From a virus, in IMG/VR virus record IMGVR_UViG_3300043446_000435, positions 21,441-85,440 of that record: DNA of 64,000 nt. One strand, 5' to 3'. The position numbers were made by a program, and so were the translations under genes. How positions within the stretch are numbered: position 1 is the stretch's first letter; every line of letters starts with the position of its first letter. Positions 16,294 through 25,615 of this stretch are shown piece after piece. The notes under the pieces are model-generated. The model had not been told where the DNA came from, did no database searches, and saw only the letters and a program-made list of their open reading frames with translations.

Positions 16294-16604
16294 TGTCTAA
16301 GCTCGTAATGGTTGATGTTTTGTCATCGTTCCGTATGCGTTATGTCGTTCAGGTGGAAGATGATATTCGTGATGCGCTCGATGAAGTAACATGGCGCGAA
16401 ACTGATGGTTCGTTCAAAGAATTCAGTCAGAAACATATTGATCCTACCGCGATCATTGACTATCGCGAGATTACAGAAGAAGAATATCTCAAGCTCTTTG
16501 ATCAAGACAACGATTATCTTGCTGGCTGGTCTGACGAACAGAAGAAATCTTTTATAAATGTAATTGAGTATAAAGAACACGAGGAGATTGACGATGGCGC
16601 TTGA
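16293..16604 (+). CDS. hypothetical protein
   Basis: Translationally coupled ORF; FRMRYVV, EFSQKH. Confidence 0.75.
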   Translation: MSKLVMVDVLSSFRMRYVVQVEDDIRDALDEVTWRETDGSFKEFSQKHIDPTAIIDYREITEEEYLKLFDQDNDYLAGWSDEQKKSFINVIEYKEHEEIDDGA

Positions 16605-17175
16605 TACAAACAAATGTATGGCTACGATTGTAGAAAAGATTGAAGCACAAACCACAAAAGAACGACAAGTCGACTTTCTAAAGCTGCATAGTTCTTATGC
16701 TCTTAAGGCTGTTCTCGGCTATGGTATGGATCCAGGCGTGAAGTGGTTGCTTCCAGATGGCGATCCGCCGTATCGTCCACTTTTCGATGCTTCAGACCAG
16801 GAAGGTCGTTTCTATGTCGAATGTAAGAAACTGATTTACTTCGTTGATAGCCCAGAAGGACGTGAAGTAAAGCAATTGAAGCGTGAACAGCTGTTCATTC
16901 AAGTTCTCGAGTCGATTGATGCGCGCGATGCAAAGCTGCTTCTTCGTATGAAAAATCGTCAGATTAAGATTATGCCAGAAGCCATCGCAGAAGCGTTTCC
17001 TAATCTATGGGAAGCATGGGGTCGGAACGTGGCAAAGCCTGTCGCTCCGCTTCCTCCAGTAGTGCAGGAGGTAGAACTTGACGACTCTACGTTTCCGGAA
17101 TATAATGAATCTCAAGTTCCTGTCAAACGTGGGCGCGGTCGTCCGAAAGGTTCTACTAAGAAGGCGGTAGCATGA
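16594..17175 (+). CDS. conserved T4-like protein with a C-terminal AT-hook
   Basis: WLLPDGDPPY, KREQLFIQVLESI, tail KRGRGRPKGS. Confidence 0.8.
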   Translation: MALDTNKCMATIVEKIEAQTTKERQVDFLKLHSSYALKAVLGYGMDPGVKWLLPDGDPPYRPLFDASDQEGRFYVECKKLIYFVDSPEGREVKQLKREQLFIQVLESIDARDAKLLLRMKNRQIKIMPEAIAEAFPNLWEAWGRNVAKPVAPLPPVVQEVELDDSTFPEYNESQVPVKRGRGRPKGSTKKAVA

Positions 17176-17750
17176 ATACGGCATTTATCATTGGTAACGG
17201 TACGAGCCGCAAAGGCTTTGATCTTACTCGTCTGAAACAATACGGCACGGTGTTTGGTTGCAATGCGCTTTATCGTGATTTCCCTGATTACTCTCTTCCT
17301 GATTTCCTCGTTAGTATTGATGACGGTATTATTGCAGAAATAGAATCGTCATCATTCCCTTCCAAGCGTTTCATCGTTCCGCCTATCGAAGAACGATGGG
17401 AGCCTGCTGAAGCCAATCCTCGTCGTCCTCGTAGCAACGCTGGTATCAATGCTATGCGTGAAGCGATCAAGATGGGATACAATCAGCTGATTTGTCTTGG
17501 TTTTGATTTCATGGTTCATGATGCGAAACAGTCTGTTTCTAACGTCTATGACGGTACAGATAACTACGGCATGGAAGTTCGTGCGCGAGCGGAGGATAAT
17601 CCTGGGCGTGTGAACTATCTTCAGTGGCTTGTTGCAAGTAATCCTAGCGTAGACTTTATCTTTATCTTCCCAGAAGATGTGACTGTTTCGACACTCATTG
17701 GAAAAAACGTATTCGTGAACTCCTATGAGAATCTCCTAAAGCATACATAG
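17172..17750 (+). CDS. sialyltransferase-like (GT29/GT42/MAF-like fold) protein
   Basis: IIGNGTSR, FGCNALYRD, DFLVSID, LGFDF. Confidence 0.6.
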   Translation: MNTAFIIGNGTSRKGFDLTRLKQYGTVFGCNALYRDFPDYSLPDFLVSIDDGIIAEIESSSFPSKRFIVPPIEERWEPAEANPRRPRSNAGINAMREAIKMGYNQLICLGFDFMVHDAKQSVSNVYDGTDNYGMEVRARAEDNPGRVNYLQWLVASNPSVDFIFIFPEDVTVSTLIGKNVFVNSYENLLKHT

Positions 17751-17769
17751 TAGCAGAAGGAGGATATCC

Positions 17770-19155
17770 ATGGTTAAACAGATTTTTCTCGAACGTTCTG
17801 ATGTAGGTAAGATGGAGCATGTTCTAGGTAAGTTCCTGGATCATGACTGCTACGACATCGTTCTTAATGAAGATACAGATGTCTATGAGCCACTGACTCC
17901 ATTGCAGATTGCTATGGGTGAAACTCATAGTGAAAAGAACATCCTTTGCAAGTTTCGCAAGAATGTGTTCCCTAAAGAAATGACAGACGCAGCCTATGTC
18001 GCGCTTCGTTCTGGCGCTCTTATGTCGGACAATCGCGGGCTTGCTGCTGGTATTGAACGCGACACAGAGTTCCAGAAACTACCAGACGGTCAAGGTTCTC
18101 GTCGTTGGGTTACACAGCGCGAAAAGGCTATCTTGCAGTATATCATGGACGGTAGTCCTAAGTCGATTACTGGTGAAGATAGACTTCTTGAGATCTACGA
18201 AACTACGCCAAACAAACCATTGCAAGGTCGTGGCTCTGGAGCCAACAAAGCTGTAGCTGAAATTGGTGCTGGTGCTATCTGGATCGTTCACAAGACTACA
18301 GAGTTCAACTTCGACGATTGGTTCTTTAGCATTAAAGATCTTGACGCTGACGGACGTAGAGATAAAGCGCAGTATGTTCTTGACGAGTTGATTTCTGCTT
18401 CTACATATGCTAACGGTGTTCGTTCTGGTGTCGGTGGATTCATGGATCGTTATCCACGTATCCCATTCTGTCGTGAAACTGGCTGGAGTGCGAATCATAA
18501 GCATCTATACGAAGATGCTCTTCCATTGTTCCAAGCTGCTGCTAATGTGTTCAAGAACGAGCTTCCTACACGATACATTGGTCAGATGGAAGCTATGGAA
18601 AAGCTAGGATCAGATTGGCAAATTGGTAATACGCCTTACACAACTTTGACGATCAATCGCGACTTCCGCACAGCAGCGCATCGTGACGTTGGTGATCTAT
18701 GTGAGTCATGGGAGTCGCACGAAAACCCACGTGGCTTTTCGAATCTGCTTGTGTTAGATAATGGTAAAGAATATGATGGTTTCTATCTGTGTTTCCCCGA
18801 GTTTCGCGTAGCAGCTAACATTCGTGCTGGTGATATGATTCTCATGAACGCTCATAGAATCCACAGCAACTCACCTTCGTTCAATTACGAAGAAGGGTTC
18901 GAGCGTATGTCAGTCGTGATGTATTTCCGTGAGTCTATGCTTGAGTGTGGCTCTAAGAAATATGAAGAAACTCGTAAGAACTTTGTCTATATGCGCCGTG
19001 ACGATAAAACTCATCCTCTGTGGCATAGTGGATGGAACGGCGTATCGCCTGGAATGTGGGATACTGAAGAGTGGGCGAACTATCTTGGTCACAACGGATT
19101 CCACGAAGAAGCAAATGAGTTGCTACATAAGTTAGGGCTTGAGCCAACACACTAA
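17770..19155 (+). CDS. TET/JBP-family 2OG-Fe(II) dioxygenase
   Basis: RYPRIPFCRET, YTTLTIN.DFRTAAHRDVGD (HxD), IHSN, RMSVVMYFRE. Confidence 0.88.
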   Translation: MVKQIFLERSDVGKMEHVLGKFLDHDCYDIVLNEDTDVYEPLTPLQIAMGETHSEKNILCKFRKNVFPKEMTDAAYVALRSGALMSDNRGLAAGIERDTEFQKLPDGQGSRRWVTQREKAILQYIMDGSPKSITGEDRLLEIYETTPNKPLQGRGSGANKAVAEIGAGAIWIVHKTTEFNFDDWFFSIKDLDADGRRDKAQYVLDELISASTYANGVRSGVGGFMDRYPRIPFCRETGWSANHKHLYEDALPLFQAAANVFKNELPTRYIGQMEAMEKLGSDWQIGNTPYTTLTINRDFRTAAHRDVGDLCESWESHENPRGFSNLLVLDNGKEYDGFYLCFPEFRVAANIRAGDMILMNAHRIHSNSPSFNYEEGFERMSVVMYFRESMLECGSKKYEETRKNFVYMRRDDKTHPLWHSGWNGVSPGMWDTEEWANYLGHNGFHEEANELLHKLGLEPTH

Positions 19156-19169
19156 CATAAGGATTCGTC

Positions 19170-20732
19170 ATGTATTGTGTGATTCCTGCGGCAGGACGCG
19201 GTGTTCGTTTCAACGAACTAGGTAAAAACTATCCTAAATGCGTCCTGCCGTATCAGGACATTCCGATCATTGTTCACAACATTCGTCTTGCGCTCGAGAG
19301 CGGTGCTCGTGAAGTTGCTATCGTGGTTGGACATCAGGCTAACAAGATTCGCGAGATCGTTGGGATGTATTTTCCTGACGATCCGCGCATTCGTTTCGCA
19401 GACTACCAACAGGCTGCTGGAAAAGATGGTCCTGGTGTTTCGATCTATTGTGGTATACCTAACGATATCGGCGAAGAGCCAATTCTAGTTCTGCTTTCAG
19501 ATATCGTTGTTCATAATGTCGTTTGCTTTGCTGACATGAGAACATCTTGGATAACAACACAGAAAGTTCCTGATTGGGAACGCTGGTGTATGGTAGAAAC
19601 GAAAGATGGAACTGTCGTAGAGTTTCATGATAAGCCTCGCGATATGCCTCCGACTAATCTTGCAGTTAGCGGAGTCTATTATTTCACAGATGCGTCTTGG
19701 TTTCGCAGCTGTATGATTGATGCGATTCACGGGACACGTCAAGGCGAAGTTCAAATCTCTTCTGCGATGTCGCGTTACATGAAAAAGAACTCGATCTATA
19801 CGAAGTCAGTCAAGATTGTTGACTTTGGTACTTTGCAGGAGTATCTTGAGAATCGTGGTGTGAAGAACTCGCGTTCGTTCAATACGCTGTTTCCATCTCC
19901 AGACGGCTCGACGATTACCAAAACTTCTGTCGTGCAGCCTGAGAAAATTCATGCTGAAGCGAACTGGTACGACAATCTTCCGACTCCTATCAAAGTGATG
20001 ACGCCACGTATCTTTGACAAAAAGCTGTATGGTGATCGTCCGACTTATACGATGGAACGTGTTGATAGCCCTACTCTGCGTGAGCTTTATCTGTATCTAG
20101 AATCTGATCCTATCTTCTGGGCTGAGATTTACACGAAGCTGTTCCAGCTGACGGATAAGTTCAAGTTCTACTTCAAGCCTGGAAAACCTCAGTTCTTTAA
20201 TCAAGTCGTCAAGAAAACGTTCGACAGATACGATGCGATTCGTGATGGTATTCTAGAAGATGAAGATTACGACTTCATTGATAAGTTTGCTCGTATGGTA
20301 AGAGCAAGCGAGTTTGAAGTTTTCCCCGATTCACTATATCATGGTGATCTTTGCTTCTCAAACATTTTCTATCATCCAGGAAGCAAGCAGATCAAGATGA
20401 TTGATCCTCGTGGCGAAGCGTATGGTAACATTCTGTATGACTTGGCTAAGATTACTCACTCTGCCTACTATCCATACGATTATGTTGATGCCGAGCTGTA
20501 TCTCACCAAAGATGGGCAAACTATCTACTTCGATGCTGGCAAAGAACAAGCCCGCCACGCATATAAGACTCTTTTTGTAGATAAATATGGCGAAGAAACG
20601 TGGCGTCTAACTTTGTTCTTGACAGCTTCGCTTTTTTTGAGTATGATACCTTTACATGATCACAATGAAAGGAATCAGGAGTTATATTATGCCCTCTATC
20701 GTAAGGCGCGCTCAGACGCCGGATTTGTTTGA
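19170..20732 (+). CDS. sugar nucleotidyltransferase fused to an APH-like kinase
   Basis: IPAAGRGVRF...PK, AVSGVYYF, DFGT; C-terminal HGDLCFSNI, IDPRG, YDLAKI. Confidence 0.88.
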   Translation: MYCVIPAAGRGVRFNELGKNYPKCVLPYQDIPIIVHNIRLALESGAREVAIVVGHQANKIREIVGMYFPDDPRIRFADYQQAAGKDGPGVSIYCGIPNDIGEEPILVLLSDIVVHNVVCFADMRTSWITTQKVPDWERWCMVETKDGTVVEFHDKPRDMPPTNLAVSGVYYFTDASWFRSCMIDAIHGTRQGEVQISSAMSRYMKKNSIYTKSVKIVDFGTLQEYLENRGVKNSRSFNTLFPSPDGSTITKTSVVQPEKIHAEANWYDNLPTPIKVMTPRIFDKKLYGDRPTYTMERVDSPTLRELYLYLESDPIFWAEIYTKLFQLTDKFKFYFKPGKPQFFNQVVKKTFDRYDAIRDGILEDEDYDFIDKFARMVRASEFEVFPDSLYHGDLCFSNIFYHPGSKQIKMIDPRGEAYGNILYDLAKITHSAYYPYDYVDAELYLTKDGQTIYFDAGKEQARHAYKTLFVDKYGEETWRLTLFLTASLFLSMIPLHDHNERNQELYYALYRKARSDAGFV

Positions 20733-21081
20733 AAACAGCCTCGTCGTCGACTTGGATCACACGCTCTGCGTTGGTGATCTAGGTATCGAAAGTTCTCTCA
20801 TCCGCTACGCAACTGCAAAACCAATCCCAGAAACTATTCAGAAACTCCGCGAAGCTCACAAGAAAGGATGGTATATCACTATCCTTACTGCGCGTCATAT
20901 GCGTTCTTGTAACAACGATGCAGAGTTTGCTTTCAACAAGCTCGGTCAGGTCACTGCTGACTGGCTGGATCAACACAATGTTCCCTTCGATCAGCTAGTC
21001 TTTGGTAAGCCATATGGTATGTGGTATATCGACGATAAGGCAATGACCTTGGATATGTTCCTCAATGACTTCACCGCTTAA
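20689..21081 (+). CDS. HAD phosphatase (capsule biosynthesis EcbF/BcbF-like)
   Basis: VDLDHTLC, LTARHM, FGKP, YIDDKA. Confidence 0.85.
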   Translation: MPSIVRRAQTPDLFENSLVVDLDHTLCVGDLGIESSLIRYATAKPIPETIQKLREAHKKGWYITILTARHMRSCNNDAEFAFNKLGQVTADWLDQHNVPFDQLVFGKPYGMWYIDDKAMTLDMFLNDFTA

Positions 21082-21901
21082 GATTATCATCACTACGTTC
21101 ATGCGCGAGCAGCAACAGAGGGCTATCCATCAGATCCCGAAGTCGTTGCACGATCGCGTGTATATGTTCACGCGAGAAGATCGCGTAGAGGAGCTCCGTA
21201 AGCATGTTCCAGACACGATCAATATCATCGGCAATCCTATGGACATTGATGGGATTGCTGATATCCGTCAGCGTTGCATTGATCATCCGCTAGTAGGTAA
21301 AGGTAAGGTCTGGTTCATTGACGATCTAGTCACGTTTGGCTGGCGCAACGAACAGATGAAACAGTTCAACGGAATGGAAGAAACCGAATGGTTGAAAATG
21401 TATCAGATGGTCGAGACGCTGCTCGACGACTATATGCAAGTGGGCTTTTCTGCTCGTGGTGGAAACAATCACGTCGAGGAAGATACGAAAGAAGTCGGGA
21501 GAGCCTACACGACTTACGGGCTTCGCACAGACTTGATGCTGAAAGAGGGAATTCGCTTCGACGGTATGTATCAGCTAAATAAAGAAGTCAAGCTCTACGA
21601 AGATTACTGGATCACACTACGGATGCTGACCAGCGGTTTCAAGAACTGCATCATCTATAAGTATTTCTTCAACTACACCCACAACAACGCGGGCGGTAAC
21701 TCTACGTTCCGAACACTAGAGCTTCAGGAACAAGCCGCCCTCGAACTCAAGAAACATTTCCCACAATTCGTAACAGTAGAAACCAAGGAAGGTGCTTGGG
21801 GTAAGATGGGTATGGAGAATCGTAAAGAAGTTCGTATCCAATGGTTGAAGGCGTATCAAAGTTCTCAGTTTACAAACAATCTCGAAGAGTTCTTCGGATA
21901 A
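21065..21901 (+). CDS. TET-associated glycosyltransferase (TAGT/GREB1-like GT-A)
   Basis: GIADIRQ, WFIDD, YEDYWITL, NAGGNSTFRT; located next to TET/JBP. Confidence 0.75.
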   Translation: MTSPLKIIITTFMREQQQRAIHQIPKSLHDRVYMFTREDRVEELRKHVPDTINIIGNPMDIDGIADIRQRCIDHPLVGKGKVWFIDDLVTFGWRNEQMKQFNGMEETEWLKMYQMVETLLDDYMQVGFSARGGNNHVEEDTKEVGRAYTTYGLRTDLMLKEGIRFDGMYQLNKEVKLYEDYWITLRMLTSGFKNCIIYKYFFNYTHNNAGGNSTFRTLELQEQAALELKKHFPQFVTVETKEGAWGKMGMENRKEVRIQWLKAYQSSQFTNNLEEFFG

Positions 21902-21914
21902 GAAGGGAAAGCAT

Positions 21915-22262
21915 ATGGACTATACTCAATATATCGTCAACATCGCAGTGGTTGCTTCTAGCTGGATGATAGGTATATTTCTTGCACGTTTCGTTCTGCG
22001 TCGTTTCTTTGGTGTAAATCCAGAAGGTCCAGAAATGATGGGTGGTGGCGTAACGACGGATGACGTTCTTGCTATCGACAAAGCAGAAATGCCATACATT
22101 CCTGTTAAGATCACTAAAGAACATGGTATCTACTATGCTTGGTTCACGAACAATGACAAGTTTATCGGACAAGCAGAAAAGGTAGAAGAACTTGAAATGA
22201 TGGCTTATCGTCATCTCATGAAGCTCGTGAATCTTCGTATGGAAATCAAGGTGGATGAGTAA
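21915..22262 (+). CDS. membrane-anchored hypothetical protein
   Basis: N-terminal TM helix; DKFIGQA. Confidence 0.7.
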   Translation: MDYTQYIVNIAVVASSWMIGIFLARFVLRRFFGVNPEGPEMMGGGVTTDDVLAIDKAEMPYIPVKITKEHGIYYAWFTNNDKFIGQAEKVEELEMMAYRHLMKLVNLRMEIKVDE

Positions 22263-22914
22263 AGTAGCAATTATCACAGGCGCAACTAGCTGGATGGCTC
22301 TTGCGACTCATTACAAGCTGACAGACATGGGCTGGACTACAGTTCTCTGTTCGCATCAAGATATGGATGTTGATAATCCCGAAGCAGTTTATGAATACTT
22401 CGACAAGCAGATCAAGTTCTATGGTCAGATCCACGCGGTAGTCAACATCGCAGGTAAGTCTTTAGAAAAGATGTTTCATGAAACGACTCCAGAAGAATTC
22501 GACGATATCCTCGGCGCAAATTTTAGAGGCGTTATCAATACGACTCGCGCGATCCTTCCGCACTTCATGGAGAACTATGAAGGCAATATCGTAGGCATCG
22601 TTTCTAAAGGAGCATACTGTGGGTTCCCACGAAAAAGCGCATACTCAACCGCAAAAGCAGCAATCAATATCTTCATCAAAAGTATTGCGCAGGAATACGG
22701 CTCATACAACATTCGTGCCAACACTATCTTGCCAGGATACACTAAAAATAAACGTCACTCGAAACCCAACCCGTCTTTCAGTCATGCTTCCCCGCTAGGA
22801 CGTATCACTTATCCAGAAGATGTAGGTAAAGCTGTTGGATTCTTGTTATCTGACGATGCATCGCACATCACTGGTTCGTGCTTGGACATCTCAGGCGGAA
22901 CTGCACTACACTAG
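22255..22914 (+). CDS. short-chain dehydrogenase/reductase
   Basis: AIITGA, VNIAG, YSTAK (YxxxK), PLGR, ITG..LDISGG. Confidence 0.92.
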   Translation: MSKVAIITGATSWMALATHYKLTDMGWTTVLCSHQDMDVDNPEAVYEYFDKQIKFYGQIHAVVNIAGKSLEKMFHETTPEEFDDILGANFRGVINTTRAILPHFMENYEGNIVGIVSKGAYCGFPRKSAYSTAKAAINIFIKSIAQEYGSYNIRANTILPGYTKNKRHSKPNPSFSHASPLGRITYPEDVGKAVGFLLSDDASHITGSCLDISGGTALH

Positions 22915-22923
22915 GAGAAAGAA

Positions 22924-23508
22924 ATGAAAGAACGTTATATGAAGCTATGGGCTACGCCTGTCGCTATCTTCAAGCATCCAGACTACAAAGCCCTCAACGC
23001 AGAGCTGATGTCAGCCGAGCAGGTGAAGAAACTTCGTGGTATGAACTTCATGAGCAAGCGAGACGCATGGGATCTTGTTGATGAGATTCCTGCCATGAAA
23101 GAACTGCATCGCTGGAAGCTAGAGTGCGCAGCCAAGTATGCGTCGAAGTGTTTCAACGTAGAATATAAGCCAGACTACTTCTTTCACACGCATGGCTCGA
23201 TCAATTTCCGTGGTAAGGATGAAGAAGCGCCACTTCATACACATCGCCTGACGACTATCGTGACGACATACTATGTGGACGTCTTTGACGACTGCGGCGA
23301 CATTCGACTCATCGATCCGCGCAGCACACTAGGCTGGATCAGTTTGGACAAGAAGGGATACAACCAGTATACCCACAGCCCATCGAACGGCGAGATGATC
23401 ATGTTCCCAGGCTGGGTGACTCATGCCGTGCTACACAACAAGACGGACAGGGAACGAGTGGCGCTTACCGGCAACATTCGGCTCAAGCCCGAGTTCGAGG
23501 TATTCTAA
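22924..23508 (+). CDS. 2OG-Fe(II) oxygenase (TIGR02466-like)
   Basis: HTH, TYYV, IDPR, MFPGWVTHAV, RVALTGN. Confidence 0.85.
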   Translation: MKERYMKLWATPVAIFKHPDYKALNAELMSAEQVKKLRGMNFMSKRDAWDLVDEIPAMKELHRWKLECAAKYASKCFNVEYKPDYFFHTHGSINFRGKDEEAPLHTHRLTTIVTTYYVDVFDDCGDIRLIDPRSTLGWISLDKKGYNQYTHSPSNGEMIMFPGWVTHAVLHNKTDRERVALTGNIRLKPEFEVF

Positions 23509-23516
23509 GGGGGCCC

Positions 23517-23545
23517 TTGACAATCGCTCGAGAACCAGCTATGAT
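23517..23545 (+). promoter_or_regulatory. early sigma70-type promoter
   Basis: cccTTGACA-17 nt-TATGAT (GC precedes the -10). Confidence 0.85.
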
Positions 23546-23570
23546 TAAGAGTTAGCTCGGAGATTGTCAA

Positions 23571-23855
23571 ATGTCTAAAGTAAACGCTCTACTCACGAAG
23601 TATAATCGCCCCAAAGACAAGAAGAAGTTCCGTAAAGTCAAGTTTAGTCCAAATAAAAAATGGGTCGAGTATAGTTTAGATTTGATCGAAGCTAAGTCAA
23701 TGTTGCAAGCAGTTGATTTTGTTACACGTTTCGATTTGTTGAAAGTTGTAAACAAAATCGAAAGTAAGATATACTTCCACGAAAATCATGCTGATTTTGA
23801 CTTACGAACCGCTACAAACGATTTACGTTTAGCACGAAAGCTGTTACGCCTGTAA
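23571..23855 (+). CDS. basic hypothetical protein
   Basis: GGAG RBS, 94 aa, AT-rich. Confidence 0.7.
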   Translation: MSKVNALLTKYNRPKDKKKFRKVKFSPNKKWVEYSLDLIEAKSMLQAVDFVTRFDLLKVVNKIESKIYFHENHADFDLRTATNDLRLARKLLRL

Positions 23856-23878
23856 CAGAAATTGATACAAAAATTATT

Positions 23879-23945
23879 CTCCAGTAATTTCAGTCACTTA
23901 GCTGTCCCGTATCGCTAAGTTATTGGATTTGCTGGAGTTTTTTTT
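23879..23945. repeat. 24 bp imperfect inverted repeat with IHF-like half sites and a T-tract
   Basis: CTCCAGTAATTTCAGTCACTTAGC / GCTAAGTTATTGGATTTGCTGGAG then T8. Confidence 0.65.
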
Positions 23946-23958
23946 GGAGATTTAGCCC

Positions 23959-23987
23959 TTGACAACTAGCTCAAAACGAGCTAGAAT
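23959..23987 (+). promoter_or_regulatory. early sigma70-type promoter
   Basis: cccTTGACA-17 nt-TAGAAT. Confidence 0.85.
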
Positions 23988-24015
23988 TAGTATATAAGTT
24001 GGAAAGGAAGCTCAA

Positions 24016-24231
24016 ATGTCGTTCGTTATTAATCCCAATGCAAAGTCTGAAACTCGCAATGCGCTCCAGTCCCTCGTCGATAGCTATATCGCTCAGGGGA
24101 ACTCTGTAGTCGTCTGCCCCACCTACGCGAGCAAGAAACCCAAGACGTTTCGCTCGTCCTACGGAGCTTGGGGACGTGGAGCGAAAGCTGTCACGCTCCG
24201 TAACTCTGGAGTCGCCAAGGGACGCGGATAA
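24016..24231 (+). CDS. early hypothetical protein
   Basis: GAAAGGA RBS. Confidence 0.75.
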   Translation: MSFVINPNAKSETRNALQSLVDSYIAQGNSVVVCPTYASKKPKTFRSSYGAWGRGAKAVTLRNSGVAKGRG

Positions 24232-24237
24232 GCGCCC

Positions 24238-24266
24238 TTGACAATCACGATAGCACCAGCTATCAT
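24238..24266 (+). promoter_or_regulatory. early sigma70-type promoter
   Basis: cccTTGACA-17 nt-TATCAT. Confidence 0.8.
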
Positions 24267-24290
24267 AGCTATATGATGAAAGGAAACAAA

Positions 24291-24485
24291 ATGACTGAAC
24301 GTGAAGAGCTTATTGCTGCGGTTGAGCTTTACGAAATCCTCCTCGGGAACTATGAGCTCCAGCCCGACAACCACTCCTCGAAAGCGCTCAAGGAATTCCT
24401 CCGCGAGTGGCCCAATATCGCGAACTACGATTCCAAGGGTAACTTTATTGGAAACGTTCGTAACGAAAATGGCTGGACGCCATAA
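24291..24485 (+). CDS. early hypothetical protein
   Basis: GAAAGGA RBS. Confidence 0.7.
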   Translation: MTEREELIAAVELYEILLGNYELQPDNHSSKALKEFLREWPNIANYDSKGNFIGNVRNENGWTP

Positions 24486-24499
24486 TGAAAGGAAAGGCA

Positions 24500-24598
24500 A
24501 TGACCAAAGACAACAAGATTGAATTCGCTCTGTTCGTTATCAATTGGCTGGCAGGATTTGGAATGGGTTTGACTGTTGCTCAGATGTTGGCAAAGTAA
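24500..24598 (+). CDS. 32 aa membrane peptide (not in the ORF track)
   Basis: GAAAGG RBS; MTKDNKIEFALFVINWLAGFGMGLTVAQMLAK. Confidence 0.6.
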   Translation: MTKDNKIEFALFVINWLAGFGMGLTVAQMLAK

Positions 24599-24601
24599 CC
24601 C

Positions 24602-24630
24602 TTGACAACTGTGCGCCAACCCGCTAGAAT
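24602..24630 (+). promoter_or_regulatory. early sigma70-type promoter
   Basis: cccTTGACA-17 nt-TAGAAT. Confidence 0.85.
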
Positions 24631-24654
24631 GAATATATGATGAAAGGATGTGAA

Positions 24655-24876
24655 ATGATTACTGAAGCTCAAGTTCTCCGCCTCGCTGCTACGAATACGT
24701 TCCGTCCGTTCGACGATTTCGACTGGAATCAGTGGGCTGGATGTATGACTGACAATCCGATGATCTGCGAAACTGATAAGTTCGTTATGATTATCGACGG
24801 TTCAACTCTTTCCTACGTCACGTATCCTTTCGGAGATCCAGAAGAAGTTGTGTTCCATCTTTGCGAACAGGAATAA
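24655..24876 (+). CDS. early hypothetical protein
   Basis: GAAAGGA RBS. Confidence 0.7.
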   Translation: MITEAQVLRLAATNTFRPFDDFDWNQWAGCMTDNPMICETDKFVMIIDGSTLSYVTYPFGDPEEVVFHLCEQE

Positions 24877-25406
24877 TGATTATGAGCAAGAATCAATCCA
24901 TGCTTAACGAAATCATCGTTAAGTATTTCCCGAAGTATAAAGGCTCAGACGCGAACGATCTCAACATCGAACGATTGATTGAGAAATGTATCGCCAAAGA
25001 ATCTGGACTGACTTGGGTTGGTGATGACGGTCTTCCGTGGGATTTTGACGAAGATCAGTCTGATGCTAAGACAGGCACTTGTCGCGTCTATCTGACCAAG
25101 AAAGGGTATGACGCATGCTGCGGTGAAATATCTAGCGTCGATTCTAAGATGGGTGACTTGCGTGTCGTTATCTACAACGACTATAAGAACTCATGCGATT
25201 ATTTCCTAATCCCAAACAAAGCAATCAAATCTATCGCTTCTCAGAATTACGGTAAAAACATTAAGAAGATGCGTATTCTGTTTTCATATTCTACGAGAAA
25301 CGACACATACAGTAACGGACTCGAAGTCTTTCGTAAAGATACGTTCAAAGAAATCTGTGATAATCGTATCAAGGCGCGCCGTCAGGCTCGTCTTTGGCAC
25401 AAGTGA
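24876..25406 (+). CDS. hypothetical protein, possible PD-(D/E)XK nuclease fold
   Basis: WDFDEDQSDAKT, K.GDLRVVIYN, YFLIP. Confidence 0.55.
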   Translation: MIMSKNQSMLNEIIVKYFPKYKGSDANDLNIERLIEKCIAKESGLTWVGDDGLPWDFDEDQSDAKTGTCRVYLTKKGYDACCGEISSVDSKMGDLRVVIYNDYKNSCDYFLIPNKAIKSIASQNYGKNIKKMRILFSYSTRNDTYSNGLEVFRKDTFKEICDNRIKARRQARLWHK

Positions 25407-25417
25407 AAGGAAATGAA

Positions 25418-25615
25418 ATGTCTATCACTGAACTCGAAGATATCGCTACTCGTATCGCTCAACTCGTAACCGACGCAGTTGAACTTGGTAAGCCGCGTCA
25501 TCTGATTCTCGCAGAGTTCGAGGATTTCAGTAACGAGTTGCTCGACGAGCGCGATAATATCGTTGCCCAAATGGAAAGAGAGTTATTCGATGACAGATAC
25601 GTTTCTTCACGCTGA
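25418..25615 (+). CDS. acidic hypothetical protein
   Basis: GAAAGGA RBS. Confidence 0.7.
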   Translation: MSITELEDIATRIAQLVTDAVELGKPRHLILAEFEDFSNELLDERDNIVAQMERELFDDRYVSSR

